NCBI GenBank assembly: GCA_047617585.1
Contig: JBLGBD010000001.1
Coordinates: 53,454 to 117,453 of the forward strand
Direction of reading: 5' to 3'
DNA length: 64,000 nucleotides
Source of the DNA: Pseudohongiellaceae bacterium
GTDB lineage: Bacteria > Pseudomonadota > Gammaproteobacteria > Pseudomonadales > Pseudohongiellaceae
The translations under genes were made by a program, and so were the position numbers. The notes beneath the pieces were generated by a model, which did not search any database, had not been told where the DNA came from, and was given only the letters and a program-made list of their open reading frames with translations. Shown here piece by piece: positions 40,864-50,560 of this stretch (position 1 is its first letter; the number at the start of each line of letters is the position of its first letter).

Positions 40864-41850
40864 ATGTTTTCAGCCATCTACATCGAAAAATCTATTGCCG
40901 ATCATCCCAGGGTTATAGCGCTGTTAGCTAGATTTTCTCATTTGCCCCAGATTGCGTGCGACCGCTATGGCGAGGTGTTTAATCGCAGTGCCCAAAATTT
41001 CAGAATTCAGAAACAGCACCCGGCGCTAATTCTCGCACGAAAACACGGCAACTGTGTTCTACCCGCGCCGGATGGTTATGGTTTTTCTGGCGGACATAGT
41101 TACTACTTTTCTCATATGATGAATTGCTTATACGACTGTCGCTACTGTTTTTTACAGGGAATGTACCGTTCGGCAAACTACGTGCTTTTTATTAACTACG
41201 AGGATTTCGCTGAAGAAATTAAGACCCGTATCGAGGATTCTCCAGCGGGGTCAATCTTCTATAGCGGCTACGATTGTGACAGTTTGGCGATGGAGCCGGT
41301 GAGTCACTTTTGTAAATTTTTCATGCCGATTTTCGCGAGCAACCCCGACGCGATTTTGGAGATAAGAACAAAAAGCACTCAGATCAGGGCTTTATTGGAA
41401 ATGCAGCCAATTGACAACTGTGTTGTGGCGATGAGTTTTACAGCAAAGCAGGCTTCAAAGCAGTTTGAGCATAAAGTGCCTTCAATCGAAAAACGTCTTG
41501 ATGCCTTGGCGAAGTTGCAGGCTGCTGGCTGGCGAGTTGCGCTGCGCTTCGAACCTATTGTCTTTTGTGAGACAGTTGAATCAGATTACCAGCAACTATT
41601 TGACCAGGTATTTGAGTCTTTAGACCGAAGTCAGATTCACTCGGCGTCTATCGGCGAATTTCGAATGCCTACAGATTTTTATAAGTCGATTGTAAAGCTT
41701 TATCCTGACGAGGCGCTGTTTGCCAAACCAATTCAAATAACTGACGGCCTGGCGGCAGTGCAGCAGCCCGACGGCTATGACACACTAGCAAAGCTCGAGG
41801 CACAGCTTTTGAGTTACATCGAGCCAGCTAAGTATTACAGGTGTGCATAA
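40864..41850 (+). CDS. Spore-photoproduct-lyase-family (SplB/COG1533-like) radical SAM protein
   Basis: CxxxCxxC cluster in the context NCLYDCRYCFLQGMY, which matches the SPL-type C-x3-C-x-YC-x-LQ signature. It is 328 aa. Confidence 0.8.
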   Translation: MFSAIYIEKSIADHPRVIALLARFSHLPQIACDRYGEVFNRSAQNFRIQKQHPALILARKHGNCVLPAPDGYGFSGGHSYYFSHMMNCLYDCRYCFLQGMYRSANYVLFINYEDFAEEIKTRIEDSPAGSIFYSGYDCDSLAMEPVSHFCKFFMPIFASNPDAILEIRTKSTQIRALLEMQPIDNCVVAMSFTAKQASKQFEHKVPSIEKRLDALAKLQAAGWRVALRFEPIVFCETVESDYQQLFDQVFESLDRSQIHSASIGEFRMPTDFYKSIVKLYPDEALFAKPIQITDGLAAVQQPDGYDTLAKLEAQLLSYIEPAKYYRCA

Positions 41851-41899
41851 TGTGTCACGGGGATCTATGGTGGGTTCAATGCGGAGTAGGGAATAGTCG

Positions 41900-42616
41900 A
41901 TGACAAACTCTAAAGGCCAAGTGTTGGTGTCAGGTTCGTCCTCGGGAATTGGGCTGGCGATGACAAGCAAGTTGATCGAGAGCGGGTATTCGGTGGTTGG
42001 GTTGGATCAAACTGAGCCAGCCTTTGCAATGCCCCCAGAGCGATTCACTTTTGTGCCGGTTCAGTTGAGCGATAGCAAAGCCATGCTGGCGACTTTGCCT
42101 GGGATGTTCGAATCCATCCAAGGCCCCATTCGATGCCTCATTAACAATGCAGGCATCGGTAAGATGGGGTTCTTAGAGCAACTCTCTGTGGCAGATCTGC
42201 AGTTGGTGATGCAGGTTAATTTTATGAGTCATGCCTTGCTGACGAAGTTGTTATTAGCGCGCCTTAAGCAGCAGAATTCACTGGTCGATATTGTGTTTAT
42301 AGGTTCTGAAGCGGCTCTAAGCGGAGCTCGCCAAGGCAGTATTTACTGTGCCAGCAAGTTTGCGGTTCGCGGCTTTAGCCAAGCTCTGCGGCAAGAGTGT
42401 GCTAAATCTAAGGTTCGCGTCACCCTCATCAATCCGGGCGCCGTGCGAACGCCGTTTTTTGACGAGCTTGATTTCGAACCAGGACCCTTGCCGACCAATG
42501 CGATAGAGCCCGATGATATTGCTCAGGCCTTACTGAGCGTGCTTGAGATGCGCCCTGGCACTGTGATTGAAGAGATGAATTTGTCGCCTATGACCCACGT
42601 GTGGCAGCGCAAATAG
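41900..42616 (+). CDS. SDR-family oxidoreductase
   Basis: SGSSSGIG, NNAG and the YCASKFAVRG motif. Confidence 0.88.
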   Translation: MTNSKGQVLVSGSSSGIGLAMTSKLIESGYSVVGLDQTEPAFAMPPERFTFVPVQLSDSKAMLATLPGMFESIQGPIRCLINNAGIGKMGFLEQLSVADLQLVMQVNFMSHALLTKLLLARLKQQNSLVDIVFIGSEAALSGARQGSIYCASKFAVRGFSQALRQECAKSKVRVTLINPGAVRTPFFDELDFEPGPLPTNAIEPDDIAQALLSVLEMRPGTVIEEMNLSPMTHVWQRK

Positions 42617-42737
42617 CTTGTGCGGTCCTAGCATCGGCTGCGCTGCGACAATTTGACGCAATTTTATCCTGCAGGTTGAGTGTCACTTCATGAGATACTT
42701 TGGCCAGTTTTAGATCAATTCATTTGAGGTGTATACC

Positions 42738-43121
42738 ATGCGTTTTAACTCATTAGTAAAAATCTGTTGCTTGAGCCTAGCTGTATTGCTGCAAGTTAGC
42801 GCAAACGCCCACACAGGCTTGAGAGAATCAATCCCTGCAGATGGCGCTATGCTCAAAACCGAGCCAAATGAAATTCATTTGGTGTTTAGTGGGCCGGTTA
42901 AGTTAATCAAGCTGGAGCTAATGGGCGTCGGGCATGAAATGCCAACTGCATTTGAGCCCAGTGCTGAGCCACAGTCTGATTTCGTCATCGCCACGCCTGG
43001 CATGCATCCCGGCAAGTTTACGGTAAACTGGGCGGTAATGGGCGCCGATGGGCACGCAATGTCTGATTCGTTTAGTTTTGAAGTAGACCCAACGATGGCA
43101 GCTGACACTGCCGCGCCTTAA
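42738..43121 (+). CDS. copC: Copper resistance protein C (periplasmic copper chaperone)
   Basis: The signal peptide ends at ANA, so the mature protein starts with His (HTGLRESIPADGAML). It has the CopC beta-sandwich pattern (KFTVNWAVMGADGHAMSDSFSFEV) and is followed by copD. Confidence 0.85.
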   Translation: MRFNSLVKICCLSLAVLLQVSANAHTGLRESIPADGAMLKTEPNEIHLVFSGPVKLIKLELMGVGHEMPTAFEPSAEPQSDFVIATPGMHPGKFTVNWAVMGADGHAMSDSFSFEVDPTMAADTAAP

Positions 43122-43157
43122 ATCATAAAGGAGCCCGGATACCTATAAATTCAGACT

Positions 43158-44081
43158 ATGAATGCGTTTGTAGTGCCCAATCTTTGGGAGATTGCTTCTT
43201 TACTGGCTAAGCTAAGCGTCTATGGCGGTATGGCCAGCGTCGCGGGGGCTAGTCTGTTCCTCGTTCTATATTGCGATAACCGGCGCCAGAGTGTTGTGCC
43301 GGTTATCTCTTATTGCTTATTTGGTGCTTTACTGGGGTTTCAGGGCGCAGCGCTCAATTTTCCTATTCAAATCGGCATGATCAATGACGACGGCTTTGCT
43401 GGAATGTTGGATTGGTCCATGGCGAAGCTGCTGTTGGACTCTCAGCTAGGTGATGTCACGCTTTACCGGGTGCTCGGGTTTGCGGTGGCCATTGCTGTTA
43501 GCGGTTTTTTTCTCTTTAAATCTACCCGTTTGAGCAAGGCCCCGGCGGGCATGTTCTTTCGTCCTTTGTTTACGTTAAATGCTTTAGTGCTGATGGGGTT
43601 AGCGCTCAGCTTTCCTCTCGCGGGTCATGTTTCGGTACTGAATGATTGGGCGCGTTTCGCTTTGGCACTGCACGTACTGGCGTTCGCCTTTTGGATTGGT
43701 TTGCTGTGGCCGTTTATGGTATTGGCTAACACGCCCGATCTGGACTTGCTGCAAACCAAGCTAAGACAGTTTGGTCGCCATGCAATTGGGGTTTTAGTCG
43801 TTCTTGGTAGTGCTGGCGCTGTCATTTTGTGGCAATTGTTTGGGTCACTAAGCGAGTTTTTTGGATCAGCTTATGGATTAACAATGACGCTCAAACTTCT
43901 GATTGTAATAGCTATAATTTCGATAGCGGCTTTCAATAAACTGCGATTGGTGCCGGCAATTGTTGAGGCGGGTGGGGCGCAGCGATTTCGTCAATCGGTT
44001 AAAATTGAAATGGTGGTCGCTGCTGCGATCTTAGTTCTAACTTCTTATTTGTCGACCCTTGTGGGCCCGATGCCGCACTAA
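43158..44081 (+). CDS. copD: Copper resistance protein D (inner membrane)
   Basis: A ~8-TM protein immediately downstream of copC. It has the CopD-like helices with His (HVLAFAFWIGLLWP). Confidence 0.8.
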   Translation: MNAFVVPNLWEIASLLAKLSVYGGMASVAGASLFLVLYCDNRRQSVVPVISYCLFGALLGFQGAALNFPIQIGMINDDGFAGMLDWSMAKLLLDSQLGDVTLYRVLGFAVAIAVSGFFLFKSTRLSKAPAGMFFRPLFTLNALVLMGLALSFPLAGHVSVLNDWARFALALHVLAFAFWIGLLWPFMVLANTPDLDLLQTKLRQFGRHAIGVLVVLGSAGAVILWQLFGSLSEFFGSAYGLTMTLKLLIVIAIISIAAFNKLRLVPAIVEAGGAQRFRQSVKIEMVVAAAILVLTSYLSTLVGPMPH

Positions 44082-44083
44082 GT

Positions 44084-45055
44084 CTAGGTTAGGTTCTGAT
44101 CTGTTAAGGCTTCGCCGCCGGCGTCGTGTGGGCCCTTGACTAAGCGCTGAACTTCTCTCGTTAAAAGATTGAGCGCAAGCAGTTCTAAGTCACTGTCTTT
44201 GCCTGAAAATAGCGCTGTTGTTGTGATTGTTGGTTTTCTAGCAAATAGCAGGCTATTGCCAGTGGGTGACCAAGCCAGATTAATTAACTGATCTTGGTGG
44301 TGGTAAATCGGCACTGGGTTGAGGTTTTCTGACAGAGCGCCAAAATACAGCGTCGAGCCAGTGTTGTCATACTTAAGATAAGCATAGCTAGCACCATCAT
44401 GGGATATAACGGGCCGAGTGCTTGCAGGCTTAGCGCTATCTAGATCACTGCCGCTAAGTGTTATCTCACCCCCTAGATAACTTGGCTGAAGGGCTACTAG
44501 TTCATCGCTGAAGCTCTGCACAGCAGCGGTGGGCGCTGGCTCTGGGCTTACCAAGGGTGGCAGCGCCACAAATATCGCTAGACTGGCAGCTAAAGTTGCA
44601 GCCCATAGGGGTTTAGAATCAAACCATGGTTGGCGGTGAGACTGGCCCCCTGTTTTTGCAGACACCACTGTGGTGCCTTGAGTCTTCGTTACACTGGGTA
44701 GAATCAGGCGGTAGCCTTTCTTCGGGATGGTTTCGATGAGAGCGCTGGTGCCAGCAAGTTTGCCTCGCAGGTGCTTGCGCAGCTCACACACGGCTCGGGT
44801 CAACGAATTGTCATTCACCACAACCTTTGGCCACAGCTGTTCCACCAAGGTATCTCTGTCTACCACTTTGCCGGGGTTTGCTGCTAAGAAGCAAAGCAAG
44901 TGCATGAGCCTGGGCTCGATAGATGTCTGTTGAGCGCTGTGCTGATCTTCAAAGCGATTCAGCTCTGGTCGCACCTTCAAGCCGGCAAGTGCAAAGGTGT
45001 GCACTAAAGGCGGCTGATAAAGAGTGAAATTTAGCTCAGGGCGTTTGCTCTTCAT
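44084..45055 (-). CDS. CadC/ToxR-like membrane-anchored winged-helix transcriptional regulator with a periplasmic TolB-like (PD40) region
   Basis: OmpR/PhoB-type DNA-binding domain without a receiver (EPRLMHLLCFLAANPGKVVDRDTLVEQLWP...SLTRAVCELRKHL...KKGYRL). One TM helix (LWAATLAASLAIFVAL) follows. There is also a PD40-like motif (LAWSPTGNSLLFA). Confidence 0.7.
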   Translation of the reverse strand: MKSKRPELNFTLYQPPLVHTFALAGLKVRPELNRFEDQHSAQQTSIEPRLMHLLCFLAANPGKVVDRDTLVEQLWPKVVVNDNSLTRAVCELRKHLRGKLAGTSALIETIPKKGYRLILPSVTKTQGTTVVSAKTGGQSHRQPWFDSKPLWAATLAASLAIFVALPPLVSPEPAPTAAVQSFSDELVALQPSYLGGEITLSGSDLDSAKPASTRPVISHDGASYAYLKYDNTGSTLYFGALSENLNPVPIYHHQDQLINLAWSPTGNSLLFARKPTITTTALFSGKDSDLELLALNLLTREVQRLVKGPHDAGGEALTDQNLT

Positions 45056-45401
45056 CCTTATTTATTCCCTTTAATCAGTTTAATAACAGTTAGTTAAAGC
45101 AATTAATTAATCTATTTTATAGGTCAATATTTCAAGTGGCTCTAACCATAGAAGCGACGTTGCCTGCGCCTGCATCCATCAAATTAGACGCTCAATGTGC
45201 GCTAAAGTTTCCTGTTAGAGCTTTGACTTCATGCTAAACCCTATCTCTTTGGTTGCCAGCTTTTTTCTCTGCCTGAAGCTTTTCTGGATATTTTATTCAT
45301 AGCTTCTTCAGGATATTTGAGGTCGTTTGGCCTAAATTTCAAGCTCTTGTATCAAATCGCTGTCATTCGGACAGTGGTGTGGTTTTAGATGCAAAAGCAT
45401 C

Positions 45402-46835
45402 ATGGAGGTTGAAATGAATTTTATGCCTATGAAGAGCGTGGCTCGGGTTGCTCAGATTTCCAGTTTGCTAGCACTAAGTGCCTTCTTAGCGGCGCCAGTA
45501 GCAGCTAACAGCATAGCGGCGCAACAGGCGGGATTGCCGTCCCTAGCGCCAATGTTGGAACTGGCAACGCCCGCGGTAGTTAACATCCGGGTGTCCAAAC
45601 GAATGCCTGCTAGTACTCAGTTCTCATTTGGTGGCGAAAATGTACCGAATGAGGTTCGACGATTTTTCGAAAATAGACCGGATCTCATGCCCAGAAATAG
45701 CCAACAACCCTTTGCCACTGGGGCTGGATCGGGTGTGATAGTCGATGCTAAGCAAGGCTACATAATCACCAACCACCATGTAGTGGAGGGCGCTGAAACG
45801 ATCTCAGTTCAACTATCCGATCAGCGGGTGATTGATGCGACTTTGCTTGGCAGTGATGCAGGCACTGATATAGCGCTGCTCAAGATCGAGGCCGATGGCT
45901 TGTCTGAACTCAAGTTTGCAGGCATAGAGACTGTTCTGGTTGGAGATTACGTGATTGCCATTGGTAACCCTTTCGGCATAGGTCAAACCGTCACCTCTGG
46001 AATCGTCAGTGCGTTGGGTCGGTCTGGTCTTAACAGTGAAAATTATGAAGACTTTATTCAGACTGACGCAGCTATCAATGTTGGAAACTCCGGCGGCGCG
46101 TTAATCGACTTGGAAGGTAATTTGGTGGGAATCAACACAGCCATCATTAGCGGCAACGGCGGCAGCAACGGCATTGGCTTCGCAGTTCCAGTGGATATGA
46201 TTACCTCAGTGATGAAGCATTTGGAGCGCGACGGTCAAGTCAAGCGGGGTATGCTGGGGGTGACCATAGCAACGGCTAATCCTGAAATAGCTGGTGCACT
46301 TGGGGTTGATGTGCAGCGCGGAGCCATTGTCACCAGTGTATTGCCAGGCAGCGCGGCAGAGCAAGCAGGGGTAGAGGTATCTGACATTATTGTTGAAATT
46401 GAGGGGCATGAGATAGGCAGTTCTCGCGAACTTAGAAATACTGTTGGGCTTATGCGCCAAGGTGAACAGATTGCCCTAGTGTTATACAGAGAAGGTAGCA
46501 AGAAAATCCTGAAGGCTACCATTGGTGGGTCCGACGGCAATACGGTCAGTTCTCTTGATGCCAGTGGCTTTAGCTCGGAATTTCGTGGCGCACAGTTACG
46601 CAGCTTAGCAGGAAATGGTGATGTCTACGGCGACACAGGTTTGCTAGTGGAGTCGTTGCAGCTTCAAAGCCGAGCCGCAGCGGCAGGGCTTAGGGAGGGC
46701 GATATTATCGTTCAAGTGAACCGAACTAATGTAAAGACCTTGGCTGAGTTTAATAGCGCACTGACCGGCGAGGCGCGCTTTTCTGCTCTAACTATATTAC
46801 GCGAAGGGCGGCAAATGCTGCTTTTTGTATCCTGA
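45402..46835 (+). CDS. Periplasmic serine endoprotease, DegP/DegQ (HtrA) family, with two PDZ domains
   Basis: Signal peptide, the catalytic motifs TNHHVV, TDIALLK and GNSGGAL, and two PDZ-like regions. The exact start Met is uncertain. Confidence 0.9.
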   Translation: MEVEMNFMPMKSVARVAQISSLLALSAFLAAPVAANSIAAQQAGLPSLAPMLELATPAVVNIRVSKRMPASTQFSFGGENVPNEVRRFFENRPDLMPRNSQQPFATGAGSGVIVDAKQGYIITNHHVVEGAETISVQLSDQRVIDATLLGSDAGTDIALLKIEADGLSELKFAGIETVLVGDYVIAIGNPFGIGQTVTSGIVSALGRSGLNSENYEDFIQTDAAINVGNSGGALIDLEGNLVGINTAIISGNGGSNGIGFAVPVDMITSVMKHLERDGQVKRGMLGVTIATANPEIAGALGVDVQRGAIVTSVLPGSAAEQAGVEVSDIIVEIEGHEIGSSRELRNTVGLMRQGEQIALVLYREGSKKILKATIGGSDGNTVSSLDASGFSSEFRGAQLRSLAGNGDVYGDTGLLVESLQLQSRAAAAGLREGDIIVQVNRTNVKTLAEFNSALTGEARFSALTILREGRQMLLFVS

Positions 46836-46901
46836 GCATAAGGCAGGCTGGAAACCTGGGAATTTTCAGTTCTTGTGCATGCTAAAAAGTGCCCCCTCTT
46901 G

Positions 46902-46936
46902 GCCGACTTAAGTACTACTTGAGTCGGCTTTTTTTT
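46902..46936 (+). terminator. Rho-independent terminator after the degP-like gene
   Basis: GCCGACTTAAG-TACTA-CTTGAGTCGGC hairpin (11 bp, one G-U pair) followed by an 8-T run. Confidence 0.85.
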
Positions 46937-47071
46937 GCTGATGTGTCTCTTGGCCTTGATTGCTGTGTGCTATCGAGCCTATGGGTTATCATTGGCGGCC
47001 GAGTCGATCAGGTATGGTTTTTCGCGCTAGTGCAACTGATCACTATTTCAGACTAAGGATGCTCGCTTTAA

Positions 47072-48244
47072 GTGTACTCAATTAAACAATTAACCAGTGC
47101 TACCCTTTGGTCGCTGACGATCTGCTCGGCGGCTGCTATTTTTCCTTGTCAAACACTTGCTGATGTAAGCTTTCCGCTTGTTGAGGAGAGTATTGACACT
47201 AAAGAGCTAGACGGTTTCGTCGCCTGGCTAAAAAACGCGGCCATTGAAGAGGGAATTCCTGGCGTAGCCATGGCCATTGTGTCTCGTGATTCAGTGCTGC
47301 TTGAAGACACTTGGGGGCTGAAAGACATAGCTGGCCAAGCACCTGTAAACAAGCAATCGATTTTTCGCATAGCGTCCATGTCAAAGACCTTCGCAGGCAC
47401 AGCTACCGCACTTTTGGTGGAGCAACATTTGCAATCATGGGACACTTTGCTTACAGATGTTTTCCCGGCAATGAATTTAGGTACACTTGGCTCCTCTAAA
47501 GGAATCCAGTTAAAACATCTTGTTAGCCACTCAACTGGCCTAATGCCCCATAGTTTCTCCAATATGCTCGATGCTGGGGTTGGTTACGATAAGATAAAAA
47601 CTAAGTTTCAGCAGATTCCGACGGTATGTTCGCCGGGTGATTGCTATGGCTATCAAAATGTTGTGTTTTCTCTAACCGCCGATGTGGTTGAGTCTAGCAC
47701 CGGCTCAAGTTACGCCGAGTATCTCGAAAAAGAGATCTTCAAACCCTTGGGCATGCTTGGTGCAAGTGTAGGGATTGAGTCTTATACAAATAATCCCGAG
47801 TCGACTAAGCCACATCGTTACTCAAGAGGTAGGTGGCAAACTACGTCCACCAATGCAGCCTACTATACAGTGGCTCCGGCGTCGGGAGTCAATGCAAGTA
47901 TTGACGATATGGAGCTGTGGTTAAGAGCTAATCTTGGCGGGTTTCCCGACGTTTTGCCGCCCGAATTTTTGCAAAGTGTGCATGAGCCAATTATCGCAAC
48001 TCCTCGTGGGAATTACTTTAACCGTTGGAGCGGCTTAGAAAAAGCCTACTACGCCACTGGTTGGCGAGTGTTTGACTACCGCGGACTTAGAGCGATTCAC
48101 CACGGCGGCGGCGTGAGAGGTTATCGCTCCGAAATGGTATTTGTGCCGGCGGCAAATATTGGTTTAGTTGTGATGTTCAATGCCGAATCCAAGCTTGCCA
48201 ATGATGTGGTTCCCGCATTTCTAGATAGTTTGATAGATTTATAA
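47072..48244 (+). CDS. Serine hydrolase of the class C beta-lactamase/esterase family
   Basis: Signal peptide, the S-x-x-K motif (ASMSKTF) and the Y-x-N motif (GYQNVVF). The start codon is GTG. Confidence 0.8.
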   Translation: MYSIKQLTSATLWSLTICSAAAIFPCQTLADVSFPLVEESIDTKELDGFVAWLKNAAIEEGIPGVAMAIVSRDSVLLEDTWGLKDIAGQAPVNKQSIFRIASMSKTFAGTATALLVEQHLQSWDTLLTDVFPAMNLGTLGSSKGIQLKHLVSHSTGLMPHSFSNMLDAGVGYDKIKTKFQQIPTVCSPGDCYGYQNVVFSLTADVVESSTGSSYAEYLEKEIFKPLGMLGASVGIESYTNNPESTKPHRYSRGRWQTTSTNAAYYTVAPASGVNASIDDMELWLRANLGGFPDVLPPEFLQSVHEPIIATPRGNYFNRWSGLEKAYYATGWRVFDYRGLRAIHHGGGVRGYRSEMVFVPAANIGLVVMFNAESKLANDVVPAFLDSLIDL

Positions 48245-48271
48245 TTAGCGCTCAACCCTTAGGAAAACTCA

Positions 48272-49009
48272 ATGCAGTCAGTGATAGATTTACTAAAGTC
48301 CCATCGCAGTATTCGAAAATTCACGCCTGCGCCTATTGCGCCAGCACTGTTAGAAAACTTATTGCTCGCCGCACAGGCGGCGGCGACGTCGAGCTTTTTG
48401 CAGGGCGCAACGCTCATTCGCGTAACCAAGCCTGAAAACCGAAAAAAGATTGCAGAGCTTGCCGGCAACCAAGGCTACGTCGAAACCGCGGCAGAATTTT
48501 TTGTATTCTGCGCAGATCTAAATCGCCCCGGTAATTATTGCAAGGAATATGGCAAACCTTTCGAAGGGGATTTCACAGAACACTTTATTATCGCCACAGT
48601 TGACGTCGCGTTGATGGCGCAGAACTTGGTGACCGCCGCTGAGTCGGAAGGCTTAGGCATTTGCTATATCGGCGGCATCCGCAATAACCCCGCGCCGGTG
48701 TCGGAGCTGCTGGAATTGCCTTATGGCGTATATCCTGTTTTCGGTTTGTGCTTAGGCTACCCGGACCAGAACCCCGAAGTTAAACCAAGGCTGCCGCTGT
48801 CTGTTGTGGTGAAAGAAGATAGCTACAACGAAGTAGGGGACAAAGATGCCATCGCCAATTACGACGAAGAAATTCGGGAATATTACCGAACCCGAACCGG
48901 CGGCGGGCACGGCGTAAGTTGGAGCGAGCAGGTGTCTGAGCTTTTGTCTGATAAAGTCCGCCCACACATGAAAGATTTTTTGGCGTCGAAAGGGTTTAAA
49001 TTTCGTTAG
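48272..49009 (+). CDS. nfsA: Oxygen-insensitive NADPH nitroreductase (NfsA family)
   Basis: The N-terminus LLKSHRSIRKFTPAPI and the length are typical of NfsA, as is ICYIGGIRN. Confidence 0.85.
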   Translation: MQSVIDLLKSHRSIRKFTPAPIAPALLENLLLAAQAAATSSFLQGATLIRVTKPENRKKIAELAGNQGYVETAAEFFVFCADLNRPGNYCKEYGKPFEGDFTEHFIIATVDVALMAQNLVTAAESEGLGICYIGGIRNNPAPVSELLELPYGVYPVFGLCLGYPDQNPEVKPRLPLSVVVKEDSYNEVGDKDAIANYDEEIREYYRTRTGGGHGVSWSEQVSELLSDKVRPHMKDFLASKGFKFR

Positions 49010-49107
49010 AATTTCGTTAGGGGACACTGATAAGATAATAAGTTAACAACATTCTGTAGTTAATCAGCCTCAATAATTAGTCTTATTTTATTATCTTAAT
49101 AGTGTCT

Positions 49108-49614
49108 TTATTTCTCTAATGGATTGATGCGGTAGGAACCAGTAGAAGGCAGAGTTTCAACCTTGTCGCTAACCTGGGACTCAATAAACTCTGACGGTGG
49201 TATGGCATTGGGACCGAAGGAAAACAGAAACTCGCCGTTGAGTAGGCGGCTTCTGTCATCTGTCACAGACCACTTGGCGATATAGTAATTGGCTGGCGGT
49301 AACTCCTCGGGTATGGGTAATACAAAACTGTCATTGAGTCTCGACGGATCATACTGAAAACCAAGGTTGATCCACTGGCCGTTGTCGGTGAATAAGGCGA
49401 GTTTTAACAGCCTCACATCTACTCTAAAGCTCATGGTTATCATGCGCGGCGGGTCGTTTAACACGGCATCGTCTTGGGGGAAAGTCACCCCAGGGGTGAG
49501 AACCCCATGGGCGTGCTGGGCCGATGCGGGAAGACAGAGAAGCAAGCCCAGGCAGAGACTAAGCCAGTTAACCAGCAATCGTCTTGTTCCCATAAGTAAT
49601 TGGGCTATAGTCAT
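49108..49614 (-). CDS. CopC/YobA-like periplasmic protein (divergent)
   Basis: Signal peptide, then QHAHGVLTPGV... near the predicted mature N-terminus. It has the CopC-type strand pattern (YYIAKWSVTDDRSRLLNGEFLFSFG). Confidence 0.6.
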   Translation of the reverse strand: MTIAQLLMGTRRLLVNWLSLCLGLLLCLPASAQHAHGVLTPGVTFPQDDAVLNDPPRMITMSFRVDVRLLKLALFTDNGQWINLGFQYDPSRLNDSFVLPIPEELPPANYYIAKWSVTDDRSRLLNGEFLFSFGPNAIPPSEFIESQVSDKVETLPSTGSYRINPLEK

Positions 49615-49651
49615 AATAGTAAGTCACTAACAGCGTAGAGTTTTTCTAGAT

Positions 49652-50464
49652 TCACTTTGTTGCCTGAGGCTCAAAGTACACCATACACTGCCTAGATAAA
49701 GCACAGAGTTTACCTGTTTCTGTGAAGATTTTTCCAGCCTGTTGCATGTACCCGTCAGCGGCAGATTCAATCGAATACTCTAAATAAAACCATTCGCTGT
49801 AAATTTGATCCGGCGGAATCACAAATTCAAGTGACCAGGTGAGTGAGCTGGAAGGGATCGGTGGTTTTTCAAAATGGGATAAAATGACCGGAGGCGGTAT
49901 GTCTGCTATCACAACCATTTTCTCTATAGGGTGCAGCGTCATATCGGTTTTATGCCTGACCCACATATTAAGCTGATTTGACGCTTGACCAGAAAAAGGC
50001 ATTCCCGGGCTCACCCAATAGCCGTCAAAATAGGACAGGAAAGGCGGCAGTCTGTGCTTGTGCTTTTCAAAGTTAATACCTTGCTCTTTTGGTGCCGGGC
50101 TGAACTCATACGCACTAGGCACTGATATCGAAGGCCTTGGGTTGCCAAATACCCCCATGGCCTGCAGGCACAGCGTATCGCCGCTAAAAACGTTTGCAGT
50201 CATTTGAGTGACGTTTTTGCCTTGGCGCAGCAATGTAGCCGTGGCTATCGCTTCGCCCGGTGGCAGTGGGCCAATAAACGAAACCATGAGAGATCTGATT
50301 GGCTGCGGGCTGGTTAGCAATTTACGCATTTGAGTCACTGCGAATGAGGCGGCTATACCTCCAAACGCAGAGCGTCCCTGTGACCAGTGCTCGCCAAAGT
50401 GAGTTCTACCGGAGCTAGATTCCAGCAGATTAGTTAGAATTTCATTGAGGTTTGAGTCTGACAT
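49652..50464 (-). CDS. Acyl-CoA thioesterase (TesB-like double hot-dog family)
   Basis: 270 aa in two halves with a TesB-like pattern (GRSAFGGIAASFAV...; C-terminal half ...LCALSRQCMVY). The assignment rests on general resemblance only. Confidence 0.55.
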   Translation of the reverse strand: MSDSNLNEILTNLLESSSGRTHFGEHWSQGRSAFGGIAASFAVTQMRKLLTSPQPIRSLMVSFIGPLPPGEAIATATLLRQGKNVTQMTANVFSGDTLCLQAMGVFGNPRPSISVPSAYEFSPAPKEQGINFEKHKHRLPPFLSYFDGYWVSPGMPFSGQASNQLNMWVRHKTDMTLHPIEKMVVIADIPPPVILSHFEKPPIPSSSLTWSLEFVIPPDQIYSEWFYLEYSIESAADGYMQQAGKIFTETGKLCALSRQCMVYFEPQATK

Positions 50465-50560
50465 TACTAGTATCCGTTGATTGTCTAAATATCACCGCAT
50501 GGATAGCTTGTGGTATTCTTAGCGGCCATTAATAATCGATGCATAGAGTATTGCTACCCC

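Noticed and set aside
47149-47562. 137-aa minus-strand ORF inside the serine hydrolase gene
   Set aside because: It is antisense to an ORF that carries the SxxK and YxN catalytic motifs, so it is a shadow ORF.
49031-49098. 11-bp inverted repeat TAAGATAATAA / TTATTATCTTA separated by 46 nt, between convergent genes
   Set aside because: It is AT-only with a very long loop in an AT-rich spacer. Chance occurrence is plausible and it is not a credible terminator hairpin.
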